Made by a program: the position numbers and the translations under genes. Shown in pieces: positions 18,590 to 28,892 of a DNA stretch of 64,000 bases. Source of the stretch: Bacilli bacterium (GTDB taxonomy: Bacteria > Bacillota_I > Bacilli_A > RFN20 > UBA1709); assembly GCA_028693955.1 (NCBI GenBank), contig JAQUUH010000002.1:9264-73263 (forward strand), written 5' to 3'. Position 1 is the first letter of the stretch. The number at the start of each line of letters is the position of its first letter. The notes beneath the pieces are model-generated. The model worked only from the letters and a program-made list of their open reading frames with translations, had not been told where the DNA came from and did not search any database.

Positions 18590-19352
18590 TTTTTATAACC
18601 TCCTTTGCTATTTCTAAATATGCTTTAGCTCCTGAGGCCTGAATATCATATTCCAAAATACTTTTTCCTCTTGAAGATGCCTCTACAAGTTTAATATTAC
18701 GAGGTATTCCTATTTTATAAACTTTGTCTTTAAAAGTTTGTCTAACATCTTGTTGCACCTCTACAGCAAATTTAGTTCTAAAATCACACATTGTTAAAAG
18801 AATCCCTTCTATTTGTATATCTTTATTTGAAGTTTGCTGAATTTTTCTAATGGTATTCAGCAACATTACTAACCCCTCCATTGAATAATATTCACACTGC
18901 ATTGGAATTAAAACTGTATTTGCTGCATTTAAAGCATTAACATTTAATAATCCTAAAGAAGGCGGACAATCTATAAGAATATAATTATAATCATTTTTTA
19001 TTTCTTTTATGACCTCTTTCAAAAGCATTGTAGCATTGGGGTATTTATACAAATCCAATTCAGCTCCAGCCATATTCAAAGAACCAGATAATAAAAACAT
19101 CTTTGGAAGAGCAGTCTGAAGAATAGCATCTTTAATATTGCATTCTTTAGTAAAAACTTCATATATTGTATTATTAGATAACGATGCATCAAACCCAACC
19201 CCTCTAGAAGAATTGCTCTGGGGATCAATATCTATTATTAAAACTTTTCTACCATAATATGCTAACCCTGCAGCAAGATTAACAGCGGTGGTTGTTTTAC
19301 CAACTCCACCTTTTTGATTACAAATCGCAATAACTCTTCCCATTTTCATCAC
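18570..19352 (-). CDS. parA: Chromosome partitioning ATPase ParA/Soj
   Basis: Deviant Walker [19 protein letters not shown]; 260 aa. Confidence 0.9.
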   Translation of the reverse strand: MMKMGRVIAICNQKGGVGKTTTAVNLAAGLAYYGRKVLIIDIDPQSNSSRGVGFDASLSNNTIYEVFTKECNIKDAILQTALPKMFLLSGSLNMAGAELDLYKYPNATMLLKEVIKEIKNDYNYILIDCPPSLGLLNVNALNAANTVLIPMQCEYYSMEGLVMLLNTIRKIQQTSNKDIQIEGILLTMCDFRTKFAVEVQQDVRQTFKDKVYKIGIPRNIKLVEASSRGKSILEYDIQASGAKAYLEIAKEVIKSERKQK

Positions 19353-19355
19353 TTC

Positions 19356-20051
19356 CTATAAGGGATGCGCTTTTATTTTTGCATAACTTCTTGGATATAT
19401 TCTATCATGTTTGTTTACCTTTTTAAAAAATAAATTATAATGAATTATATTTGAAAAGGGAAGTTTAACTTCTTGAATATCCTGTAAAATAAATCCTAAT
19501 ATCTTCATAGCATTTTGAGATTCATTCAACTCATCTTTATAAGAAGATCCTTTCATTGCTACAAAAATTGCATCATCTTTAATTAAATCAGCAATAATTT
19601 CTAATAAGACATTCAACTTTGCTACTCCTCTTGTTAGCACTAAATCATATTTTTTATCTTTATATTCTTCTGCACGTGAAATAATTGTTTTAACACCGTC
19701 TAATTTTAATCGTTTAGCCAATTGTTCTATAAATAACATTTTTTTGCTTGTAGAATCCAAAATATCTAATTTTATAGACTCATTAAATATCTTTAAAGGC
19801 ATAGAAGGAAATCCTGCTCCAGAACCGACATCTAGGACTTTCAAATCACTTATATTGTAATTAAACATTATAGATAAACTATCATAAAAATGCTTTTCAA
19901 AAACATCATCAAAAGAAACTAAAGAAGTTAAATTATATTTGTTATTTTCTTGCACCAAAAAATTATAATAAAGCAAAAATTTTTCTTCTTTACTTTTATT
20001 GAGTTCTAATCCTTTTTCTTTAAGTATTTTTTTAAAATCCAAAATATCCAT
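19356..20051 (-). CDS. rsmG: 16S rRNA (guanine527-N7)-methyltransferase
   Basis: GidB family with a SAM-binding VLDVGSGAGFP motif. It follows mnmG as in all Firmicutes. Confidence 0.85.
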   Translation of the reverse strand: MDILDFKKILKEKGLELNKSKEEKFLLYYNFLVQENNKYNLTSLVSFDDVFEKHFYDSLSIMFNYNISDLKVLDVGSGAGFPSMPLKIFNESIKLDILDSTSKKMLFIEQLAKRLKLDGVKTIISRAEEYKDKKYDLVLTRGVAKLNVLLEIIADLIKDDAIFVAMKGSSYKDELNESQNAMKILGFILQDIQEVKLPFSNIIHYNLFFKKVNKHDRIYPRSYAKIKAHPL

Positions 20052-21913
20052 TATTTCTTTCCTCTAATTTTTAAATTCATTAAAAGAATACCGATATCTG
20101 AGGGGTTAACTCCTGATATTCTTGATGCTTGTCCTATTGTCATTGGTCTTATCTTTTTTAATTTCTGTCTAGCTTCAATTGCTAAATTATCTATTTTATC
20201 ATAATCAATATTTTCATCTATTTGATATTTTTCTAAATGCTCTCTTTCCTTTGCTTCTTCAACTTGTTTCTTTATATATCCTTCATATTTTATGAATATT
20301 TCTACCTGTTGATGTATTTCTTTAGAATATTTTTTATCAATATTCATGTAATTCAAAACATCCTCAAGGTTTATATGGGGTCTTTTAATAATATCATATG
20401 CACTTACTGCATTTGTTAATCTTGCCCCGGTTACTTTTTCTAAATATTCATTTATTTTATGATTTTGGTTAAATTTCTCTTCTTTTAGTTTCTTTATTAG
20501 TTCATCTATCAATTCTATCTTTTTATTAAATTCTTTATAATCGTCATCGCTTATAAGACCTAAATCATGCCCATATTTTTTTAATCTTATATCTGCATTA
20601 TCGTGTCTTAACAAAAGACGATATTCTGATCTTGAAGTTAAAAGTCTATATGGTTCTTGAGTTCCTTTTATTACTAAATCATCTATCATTAATCCAATGT
20701 ATGCTTCATCTCTTCTAAGAATTAATGGCTTTTTACTATTTAATTTCTGAACAGCATTAATTCCAGCAATCAATCCTTGACCTGCAGCCTCTTCATATCC
20801 TGATGTGCCATTAATTTGCCCAGCACAAAAAAGATTTTCAATAAGCTTTGTTTCTAAACTTAATTTTAGTTGTAATGGACTTATTGCGTCATATTCTATT
20901 GCATATGCATATTTAACAACTTCACAATTAGCAAATCCAGGCAAAGAACGAATCATTTTATCTTGAATTTCTACTGGCATGGAGGTAGAAAATCCTTGTA
21001 AATATATCGTATCAAGATGAATAGACTCTGGCTCAATGAATAGTTGATGTCTTTCTTTGTCAGCAAATTTCACTATCTTATCTTCAATTGAAGGGCAATA
21101 TCTTGGCCCGACCCCCTCTACCATTCCTCCATACATTGCTGATTCTTTTAGGTTTTCTTTTATAAGATTATGTGTCAATGGTGTTGTATGTATTAAATAA
21201 CATATATGCTGTTTTTCTAAAGGTATAAATGTTTTTGTTGAATATGAAAAAGCCAACTCTCCTGGGGTTCCTGGTTGAACTTCCATATTAGAATAATCTA
21301 CAGAATCTTTTTTTATTCTAGGAGGTGTCCCTGTTTTAAGCCTCATTATTTCAAATCCATTTTTTCTTAAACTCTCACTTAAGCCAACAGCAGACCTTTG
21401 ATGATCTGGCCCTTCTTTAAAAAAGTCATGACCCCTCAAAATCTTTCCATTCAAATATGTTCCAGTTGTTAATATAACTGCATCAGAAAATAATCTATCA
21501 CCATTTTCTATCATAACTCCAATACATTTTTGGTTTTCAACAATTAATTCTACAGCCATCTTTTCAATTATTTCTACATTTTTAGTAGACATAAGTTTTC
21601 TTTGCATATATCTAGCATATTCAATTTTATCAGACTGAGCTCTTAAGCACTGAACTCCAGGTCCTTTTGCTGTATTAAGCATTTTCATTTGTAAATATGT
21701 TGCATCTGTTGCCTTTGCCATTTCTCCACCTAGAGCATCTATTTCTCTAACAACAACACCTTTTGCTGGCCCCCCAATTGAAGGATTGCAGGGCATACTT
21801 CCAATATTATTTATATCTAGTGTAATTAGGGTAGCCTTAAAACCCAACCTAGCTACTGCTAAAGTTGCTTCTATTCCAGCATGTCCTCCTCCTACTATAA
21901 TTATTCTTTTCAT
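20051..21913 (-). CDS. mnmG: tRNA uridine 5-carboxymethylaminomethyl modification enzyme MnmG (GidA)
   Basis: FAD-binding IIVGGGHAGIEA; a full-length 620-aa GidA. Confidence 0.95.
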   Translation of the reverse strand: MKRIIIVGGGHAGIEATLAVARLGFKATLITLDINNIGSMPCNPSIGGPAKGVVVREIDALGGEMAKATDATYLQMKMLNTAKGPGVQCLRAQSDKIEYARYMQRKLMSTKNVEIIEKMAVELIVENQKCIGVMIENGDRLFSDAVILTTGTYLNGKILRGHDFFKEGPDHQRSAVGLSESLRKNGFEIMRLKTGTPPRIKKDSVDYSNMEVQPGTPGELAFSYSTKTFIPLEKQHICYLIHTTPLTHNLIKENLKESAMYGGMVEGVGPRYCPSIEDKIVKFADKERHQLFIEPESIHLDTIYLQGFSTSMPVEIQDKMIRSLPGFANCEVVKYAYAIEYDAISPLQLKLSLETKLIENLFCAGQINGTSGYEEAAGQGLIAGINAVQKLNSKKPLILRRDEAYIGLMIDDLVIKGTQEPYRLLTSRSEYRLLLRHDNADIRLKKYGHDLGLISDDDYKEFNKKIELIDELIKKLKEEKFNQNHKINEYLEKVTGARLTNAVSAYDIIKRPHINLEDVLNYMNIDKKYSKEIHQQVEIFIKYEGYIKKQVEEAKEREHLEKYQIDENIDYDKIDNLAIEARQKLKKIRPMTIGQASRISGVNPSDIGILLMNLKIRGKK

Positions 21914-21928
21914 TAACCATTCCTTATT

Positions 21929-23533
21929 TCATTTTGAATTTAGATATTCTATTTCTATTTTAGGATTTAATCTTGGAAATAAATTATCTTTTTTATTAAC
22001 TTTCACATTATCTACACCTTTAAAATCTAAAATATTACTATATGAATCATTAGTTATTCCAAGTTGTTCTAAAGCTTTATAAGATGTTTCAACAAGGAAA
22101 CAACTTAGCATTATTGTTGATTCTTTAAGAACTAAAACTAAGTGATTTAAAACTGAGGCTAATTCATCATTTTTACTTTCATCTTTTGCAAGCACCCAAG
22201 GTTCAGTATCATCAATATATTTATTGGCTTTAGATAAAAGATTAAATACTTCTCTTATTGCTTCATTAACATAAAACTTATCCATCTTTTGTTCATATAT
22301 TCTTTTTGTTTCAATCATATCTTTTTCTAGTTGTTCATCATATTTTGTAACATGTCCTTTATAACTAGGAACTTTGCTTGAAAAATATTTTTCAACCATT
22401 GTTATTGTTCTACTTAATAAGTTCCCGTAATTATTTACTAAATCATTATTAAAATTATCTACAAAAATTTCTGGAGTAAATAATCCATCTTGTCCAAAAG
22501 GTATACAAGAAACTGAAAAATATCTTAATGCATCAAGACCATATCTATTTATTATAGTATCAGGATAAACAACATTACCTACTGATTTTGCCATTTTCCC
22601 ACCCTTCATTACAATCCATCCATGTCCAAAAACTTTGGTTGGTAAAGGTAGTCCTAATGCTAAAAGTATTATTGGCCAGTATATTACATGGAAACGCATT
22701 ATTTCTTTGCCAACAACATGCAATATTTCATGATCTTCATCATTATGCCAAAATTTATCAAATAGTTTTGTATCATTAGTATTATATCCTAAAGCTGTAA
22801 TATAATTACTCAAAGCATCTATCCACACATAAATAACATGCTTAGGATCTTCTTTTACTTTTATGCCCCAATCAAAAGAAGTTCTTGATACACAAAGATC
22901 TTCCAATCCTGGTTTTATAAAAGTATTTATCATTTCATTTTTTCTAGATTCTGGTTCAATAAATTCTGGATTGTTATCATAATATTGTACTAATTTTTCT
23001 GCATATTTTGACATTTTAAAAAAATATGCTTCTTCTTTAGCTTCGTGAACAGGTCTTCCACAATCTGGACAAAGATGTCCTTCTTTTAATTGACTCTCAG
23101 TCCAAAATGCCTCACAAGGAGTACAATACCATCCTTTATATTCTCCTTTATATATATCGCCTTTTTTTAGTAAATAAGAAAATATTTTAGATACACTTTC
23201 TTCGTGATAATCATCAGTTGTTCTAATAAATTTATCATAATCTATATTTAGTCTTTTCCATAAATCTTTTATTCCTATTACTAAATCATCAACAAATTGT
23301 TGAGGGGTTTTGCCTTCTTGTTCAGCTTTCTTTTGAACTTTTTCTCCATGTTCATCTGTCCCTGTTAAAAAATAAACATCATATCCTAACATTTTTTTAT
23401 AACGAGCTATAGAATCACACACTATTGTCGTATAGGCATTACCTATATGTAAATTCCCACTTGTGTAATATATTGGGGTTGTAATATAAAAAGTTTTATT
23501 TGCCATAAAAAAATCACTCTCCAGTTTTAACAT
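21929..23533 (-). CDS. metG: Methionine--tRNA ligase
   Basis: Class I HIGH motif (HIGNAYTT), a Zn knuckle CxxC...CPDC and KMSKS (KMAKSVGN); 534 aa with no C-terminal tRNA-binding extension. Confidence 0.93.
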   Translation of the reverse strand: MLKLESDFFMANKTFYITTPIYYTSGNLHIGNAYTTIVCDSIARYKKMLGYDVYFLTGTDEHGEKVQKKAEQEGKTPQQFVDDLVIGIKDLWKRLNIDYDKFIRTTDDYHEESVSKIFSYLLKKGDIYKGEYKGWYCTPCEAFWTESQLKEGHLCPDCGRPVHEAKEEAYFFKMSKYAEKLVQYYDNNPEFIEPESRKNEMINTFIKPGLEDLCVSRTSFDWGIKVKEDPKHVIYVWIDALSNYITALGYNTNDTKLFDKFWHNDEDHEILHVVGKEIMRFHVIYWPIILLALGLPLPTKVFGHGWIVMKGGKMAKSVGNVVYPDTIINRYGLDALRYFSVSCIPFGQDGLFTPEIFVDNFNNDLVNNYGNLLSRTITMVEKYFSSKVPSYKGHVTKYDEQLEKDMIETKRIYEQKMDKFYVNEAIREVFNLLSKANKYIDDTEPWVLAKDESKNDELASVLNHLVLVLKESTIMLSCFLVETSYKALEQLGITNDSYSNILDFKGVDNVKVNKKDNLFPRLNPKIEIEYLNSK

Positions 23534-23584
23534 TTTAGCATTTTTATACTATAAATACTAGATTAAGTATATTATTTATAAATA

Positions 23585-23615
23585 AAAACCCCTCATTTAA
23601 TGAGGAGCTTTTTAT
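23585..23615. terminator. Bidirectional terminator hairpin between the hydrolase gene and the metG promoter region
   Basis: AAAAACC-CCTCA-TTTAA-TGAGG-AGCTTTTTATT. Confidence 0.45.
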
Positions 23616-23630
23616 TAAGATAGATTTCGA

Positions 23631-24521
23631 TTATTTACAAAAGTCTGCAATGTCTTTTGATAATTTATCTGGTATATCTACCAAAGGTGAATGTCCAGAA
23701 TCTGGATTTACAATTTTTGCTGCCTTAGAAAAAATTCTTGCTGTTTCATCAAACATATATTTGTTAACAGTTATATCTTTTTCACCCCAAATTATTAAAA
23801 TTGGTGCCACTATTTTATCTACTAATCCATCACCTTGTGTTTGAAATCCAGGCTCATTTGTAATATTAAATGTTGTTAGTGCCCAATCAGTATCAACTAA
23901 ACACCTTTCCTTAAAAGTCTCTTCTATATAAATCTTGTTATCTTCTGGAGTTGGTTTATTCCCAGCTGTATATATAGCAACATTCCATAAATAATCCATG
24001 AAATCAAAATTTTTATTTTCTATTGTTGCTACTGCAGGAGCAATTTGTACTGGATCTTTGGCCATTTCCTGCTTGCTTTCATATACTTTACCAAGAATAA
24101 TCTGATTCTTTTCATCCTTTTTAAATACTGGATATCCTTTAGGAGAGCATGATTCAATAAGTACAATTTTCTTAACTACATCTGGTGCTTTTGCCGCCAT
24201 AACTTGAGCAACTGCTCCTCCTGTTGACCAACCTGCAACATATGCTTTATCTATTCCTAATTTTTTTAAAAATAAAATTACATCATCTGCTAATTCATGA
24301 ATTGAATTGAAAGCATTATTATAAGTTGAATCACCAAATCCTCTCAAATCTGGTGCAATTATTTTATATTGATTTTTCAATCTTTCAATCATTGGTAAAT
24401 AATGAACTGAAGATGACATGTTTCCATGTATTAAAAGTAATATTTCTTTTCCTTCACCCTCTTCAAGATAAGCTATTTTTTCCTTACCTATGTCTACAAA
24501 CTTCTTATTAAATTTTAACAT
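23631..24521 (-). CDS. Alpha/beta hydrolase (S33 proline-iminopeptidase-like fold)
   Basis: HGNMSS in an oxyanion region, the nucleophile elbow GWSTGG and a C-terminal His (GHSP). Confidence 0.7.
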   Translation of the reverse strand: MLKFNKKFVDIGKEKIAYLEEGEGKEILLLIHGNMSSSVHYLPMIERLKNQYKIIAPDLRGFGDSTYNNAFNSIHELADDVILFLKKLGIDKAYVAGWSTGGAVAQVMAAKAPDVVKKIVLIESCSPKGYPVFKKDEKNQIILGKVYESKQEMAKDPVQIAPAVATIENKNFDFMDYLWNVAIYTAGNKPTPEDNKIYIEETFKERCLVDTDWALTTFNITNEPGFQTQGDGLVDKIVAPILIIWGEKDITVNKYMFDETARIFSKAAKIVNPDSGHSPLVDIPDKLSKDIADFCK

Positions 24522-24554
24522 TGGATTTTTCCTCCTTTATTAATAAACCCCTAA

Positions 24555-25796
24555 CTAAAAAACAAAATTTCCGTTTTTAAATATTTGAACTTTGCTACCA
24601 TCGTGTTTAGTACCAACTATATCTAAATCTTTATTTCCAATCATAAAGTCAACATGAGTGAATGAAGAATTTGCTCCCGCTTCTTTAAGTTGATCGCGAC
24701 TCATTGATATTCCACCTTTTACATTCATTGGATAGGCATTCCCTAATGCTAAGTGGCATGAAGCATTTTCATCAAATAGAGTATTATAAAATAGAATTCC
24801 ACTATTTGAAATAGGAGAATCATATTGAACTAAAGCAACCTCTCCAAGATAACTACTACCTGGGTCATTTTCTACCAAGGTCTTCAAGGTTTCATATTCT
24901 TTTTTTGCTCCAAAATCTATCACTTTACCATTTTTAAATTCAAACCAAAAATCTTCAATTAATTTTCCGTTATAAAATAGTGGTTTAGTTGAAAATACTT
25001 TTCCATTAACTCCAGTTTTTAATGGCATCGTGAATACTTCTTCTGTTGGAATATTTGGATTAAAAATAATTCCTTTAGTAGTGTGCTCACTCCCGCCGGC
25101 CCAAATATGATTATTTACAAGCTCAATATCAAGGTCTGTTCCTAAAGAATTTTTATAATGAAGACTCTTAAAATTGTGCTCATTCATTATTTTACTTCTT
25201 CTACTTATATTACCATTGTGTTCTTCCCATGCTGTAACTGGGTTGTTATCTTCACTAACACGACTTGCCTTTAAAATTGCTAACCAAAGTCTTTCATATG
25301 CTTCTTTTATAGGTAAAGAAGGGAATACTTTTTTAGCCCATTCATCACTTGGCATTGCTACTACACACCATTGTCCACGATTTCCCATTGTATAGGCCAT
25401 AATATCTTGAAATTTTGGATGTGCTTGAACAGCTTGTTGAGAGATTTTCATTTTCTCAGGATTAACCCCTTCCATCGCCTTAGGATTTGGTGATGTTATT
25501 GAAACCATTGCAGCACCTTTTTCAATAGCATACAACCTTTCATCAATAAACCATTCAGGAACTTCTTTTAGTGTCTCATCAGCTTGATATAATAAAGCAT
25601 ATCTAGCAAGAATATCATCATTATATTTAACTTGAACTTTGCTAGCCCCAGCTTTATAAGCTTCTAGTGCAATCTCTCTTGCTAAGTCCATAGATGTTAC
25701 ACTTCCATTAACTACTAGCATTTGTCCTTTTTGAATATTGACTCCAACATTTACAATCAATTTTGCATATTTATTTAATAATTCTTTAAACTCCAT
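24555..25796 (-). CDS. Aminopeptidase, M29 (AmpS/PepS) family
   Basis: A 413-aa protein whose N-terminal region (ELLNKYAKLIVNVGVNIQKGQMLVV...ALEAYKAGA) and overall length resemble thermophilic/AmpS-type aminopeptidases. Family-level call only. Confidence 0.6.
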   Translation of the reverse strand: MEFKELLNKYAKLIVNVGVNIQKGQMLVVNGSVTSMDLAREIALEAYKAGASKVQVKYNDDILARYALLYQADETLKEVPEWFIDERLYAIEKGAAMVSITSPNPKAMEGVNPEKMKISQQAVQAHPKFQDIMAYTMGNRGQWCVVAMPSDEWAKKVFPSLPIKEAYERLWLAILKASRVSEDNNPVTAWEEHNGNISRRSKIMNEHNFKSLHYKNSLGTDLDIELVNNHIWAGGSEHTTKGIIFNPNIPTEEVFTMPLKTGVNGKVFSTKPLFYNGKLIEDFWFEFKNGKVIDFGAKKEYETLKTLVENDPGSSYLGEVALVQYDSPISNSGILFYNTLFDENASCHLALGNAYPMNVKGGISMSRDQLKEAGANSSFTHVDFMIGNKDLDIVGTKHDGSKVQIFKNGNFVF

Positions 25797-25842
25797 AGTT
25801 TTTTTCCCTCCAATTATCTAATAATAATTATACATTCATTAA

Positions 25843-25878
25843 ATAAAAAAGTGAACGTTTTTACTCGTTCACTTTAAA
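25843..25878 (-). terminator. Rho-independent terminator downstream of the EF-G-like gene
   Basis: On the minus strand, AAAGTGAACG-AGTAAAAA-CGTTCACTTTTTTATTT. Confidence 0.5.
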
Positions 25879-25884
25879 TATACT

Positions 25885-27948
25885 TTATTGTTCTACTTTA
25901 TTTTCTTTAATTATTTTATCAATTAAATTACCAGGAACCTCATCATATCTTAAAAACTTCATCGTAAATGTTGCTTGCCCCTGAGTCATAGTTTTTAAAT
26001 CTATAATATATTTTTGAAGCTCAACTTGTGGACACTCTGCAGTAATATATTGCTCATCTCCAATAGGTTCAATTCCCATTATCAAACCCCTGCGTTTGCT
26101 TAAATCTCCCATAATATCTCCTACATAATCATTAGGAGCTACTACTACAATTTCCATTATTGGCTCTAATATTGTTGGTTTAGCAGCCCTACACCCATCC
26201 TTGAAAGCAAATGAAGCCGCCATTTTGAAAGCTAATTCACTAGAATCAACTGGATGATATTTACCATCATGCAAAGTTGCTCTTATTCCTATGACAGGAA
26301 AACCTGCTAGTACTCCTGTTTTCATAGCGTCTTCTAATCCTTTTTGAACAGCAGGTATAAAGTTTGTTGGAACTGCTCCTCCAAATATATCATCGACAAA
26401 TTCGAAAGATTCTTTGCTTGGTTCAAATTTTATATTTACAATACCATATTGCCCTGATCCACCAGATTGCTTAACATATCGACCTTCAACATCAGCACTA
26501 CCTTTAATAGTTTCGCGATATGATATTTTAGCATCACTTAGTTCTGCTTCAATATTATAAATGTTTTTTAGTTTATACATGACATTATCGATTTGTGATT
26601 GTCCCTGACAACCAACTAGTAATTGCTTTGTTTCGGCATTTCTTTCAGCCGTTATTGAAACATCTTCATAACATATCTTGCGTAATGACTCTGTAATTTT
26701 ACCTTCATCATTTTTATTTTTAACCGATAGAGCATAGTATATTGTAGGTTGAACTTTTTCTATTTCCATATATTTTATTGGCTTTGTTGGATCACAAATT
26801 GTATCTCCAGTTTCTAAAGAATTAACCTTAATTAATACTCCAATATCTCCAGCCAAAACCTTGCTTGTTTCAAGTTGTTCTTTGCCTCTAATAAAAGAGA
26901 TATTATTAATTTTTTCTTTTTCATCTTTATTAACATTTAATATTGTTTGATCCTTACTCATAATTCCAGATCTAACAGCAACATAAGATATCTTTCCAAT
27001 AAATGGATCAACAACTGTTTTAAAAACAAAACCAGAGAAAGGCTCATTTACATCAACCTTGCGCTCAATTATTTCTAGTTCATCTGTTGCCTCTCCAAAC
27101 GGTGTTCTTAAATCTGCTTCAGATGGGAAATAATCTCTAATTGATCTTAAAAGAGTTCTTACACCAACATCTTTTGAGGCTGATCCAACAATTACTGGAA
27201 CTAAATTACCTGATAATATTCCTTTTCTCAAACCTTTTTTAATCTCATCATAAGTTACTTCTTGATCTTCTAATACTTTCATCATGACATCATCATCAAC
27301 GTTAGCAACAGATTCAACTATCATATCATGAAGTTTTTTAACTTGATCTAACCTTTCAGGCCAAATTTCATCATCATGTGATTCCTTACCATCATATATT
27401 CTAGCTTTCATATCAACAACATTGACAAAACCCTCAAATTTTTCACCATGACCTATTGGCCAACAAAAGGGAACTGCTCTTTTTCCTAGTTGAGATCTTA
27501 TAGAATCAATTAACTTATCAAAATCCACATTTTCTTTATCCATTTTATTGATAAAAACAATGGAAGGAATAGATTTTGATCTAACATATTTCCAATGCTT
27601 TCTAGTTCCCACTTCAACACCTTTTTGAGCATCTATTATTATTAAAGCTGTTCTAGCAACTCTACTAGCACAAATTATCTCTTGCTGAAAATCAAAAAAA
27701 CCAGGAGTATCAATAAAATTGTATTTTATCTCTTCCCATTCTACTGGTATTAAACTATTATAAATTGAAATCTTCGCATTTTTTTCCTCTTTTGTATAAT
27801 CAGAGACTGTATTCCCATTTTCAATTGTTCCTTTTTGGGTAATTGCTCCACTTACTTTTAACAATGATTCTACTAGCGTTGTTTTACCGCTACCTTGATG
27901 TCCTAGCACTACCACATTACGGAGTTGACTAGGGGTATAGTCCTTCAT
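25885..27948 (-). CDS. Elongation factor G family translational GTPase paralogue (divergent)
   Basis: Five-domain EF-G architecture (G domain with NKMD and SA motifs; domain IV KQSGGSGQYG; domain V GDLSKRRG). G1 is GHQGSGKT instead of AHxDAGKT. Switch II is DTPGFFDF instead of DTPGHVDF. Confidence 0.8.
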   Translation of the reverse strand: MKDYTPSQLRNVVVLGHQGSGKTTLVESLLKVSGAITQKGTIENGNTVSDYTKEEKNAKISIYNSLIPVEWEEIKYNFIDTPGFFDFQQEIICASRVARTALIIIDAQKGVEVGTRKHWKYVRSKSIPSIVFINKMDKENVDFDKLIDSIRSQLGKRAVPFCWPIGHGEKFEGFVNVVDMKARIYDGKESHDDEIWPERLDQVKKLHDMIVESVANVDDDVMMKVLEDQEVTYDEIKKGLRKGILSGNLVPVIVGSASKDVGVRTLLRSIRDYFPSEADLRTPFGEATDELEIIERKVDVNEPFSGFVFKTVVDPFIGKISYVAVRSGIMSKDQTILNVNKDEKEKINNISFIRGKEQLETSKVLAGDIGVLIKVNSLETGDTICDPTKPIKYMEIEKVQPTIYYALSVKNKNDEGKITESLRKICYEDVSITAERNAETKQLLVGCQGQSQIDNVMYKLKNIYNIEAELSDAKISYRETIKGSADVEGRYVKQSGGSGQYGIVNIKFEPSKESFEFVDDIFGGAVPTNFIPAVQKGLEDAMKTGVLAGFPVIGIRATLHDGKYHPVDSSELAFKMAASFAFKDGCRAAKPTILEPIMEIVVVAPNDYVGDIMGDLSKRRGLIMGIEPIGDEQYITAECPQVELQKYIIDLKTMTQGQATFTMKFLRYDEVPGNLIDKIIKENKVEQ

Positions 27949-28052
27949 AAAAATTCCCTCCTATTTAATAATATTTTAATATTTCAACGACCACGATTAT
28001 ATTTTAACATTAAGTGGTGTATAAGTGTATAACTTATTTATCTTTTTTGAGT

Positions 28053-28892
28053 CTATTGGTGAAATAAACGATAAACATCATTCTTTTTTACTTTAAATGT
28101 CAAAGAAACATGCCTAATTGCCTCACTAGCCGACATCCCTTTTTCAATTAAATTATTTACCTTATCGATTATTTCTAAATCAGTAAGTGTCTCGACATCT
28201 TCTTTTTTACTTCCTTCAACTATTATAACAATTTCTCCTTTTAAAGGATTTGCAGTTATTCGCTCAATAATTTCTTCAATTGTTCCCCTTAAATATTCTT
28301 CAAACTTTTTGGTTAATTCTCTAGCAATACAAATTTTTCGATTATGAAGTTCTTTTTTCATATCTTGAAGAGTTTCTAAAATCCTATGAGGCGCCTCATA
28401 AAAGATGAGTGTATTTTCATTTTTAGCTAGTTTTGTTAATTCTTTAGTTCGTTCTCCTTTTTTAGAAGGCAAAAATCCATAAAACAAAAAATGAGAAGTA
28501 TCGAGTCCTGACCCAACAAGTGCATTAACAAATGCACAAGGTCCTGAAATAACGACAACATTAAAACTTCTTTCTATGCATTTTGCTATAACTTTTTCTC
28601 CAGGATCAGATATACCAGGATATCCTGCATCACTAACAAGTGCTATATCTTTTCCTTCTTGCAAATATTCTATTATTTTATTAACCACATAATACTCGTT
28701 ATGTTCATGGCAAGAAATAAGAGGTTTAGAAATACCAAAATGCTTGCAAAGTTTTAGTGTTTGTCTTGTGTCTTCACACGCTATTATTTCAACTTCGCTT
28801 AATATCCTTATTGCTCTTGGTGTCATCTCCTCAAGGTTTCCTATAGGAGTCGCCACAACATATAAAGTAGAATTATACGCCATTATTATCAC
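28053..28892 (-). CDS. rsmI: 16S rRNA (cytidine1402-2'-O)-methyltransferase
   Basis: Tetrapyrrole-methylase fold with LYVVATPIGNLEEMTPRAIRIL...IACEDTR. It is the YabC homologue, downstream of ricT as in Bacillus. Confidence 0.85.
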   Translation of the reverse strand: MIIMAYNSTLYVVATPIGNLEEMTPRAIRILSEVEIIACEDTRQTLKLCKHFGISKPLISCHEHNEYYVVNKIIEYLQEGKDIALVSDAGYPGISDPGEKVIAKCIERSFNVVVISGPCAFVNALVGSGLDTSHFLFYGFLPSKKGERTKELTKLAKNENTLIFYEAPHRILETLQDMKKELHNRKICIARELTKKFEEYLRGTIEEIIERITANPLKGEIVIIVEGSKKEDVETLTDLEIIDKVNNLIEKGMSASEAIRHVSLTFKVKKNDVYRLFHQ

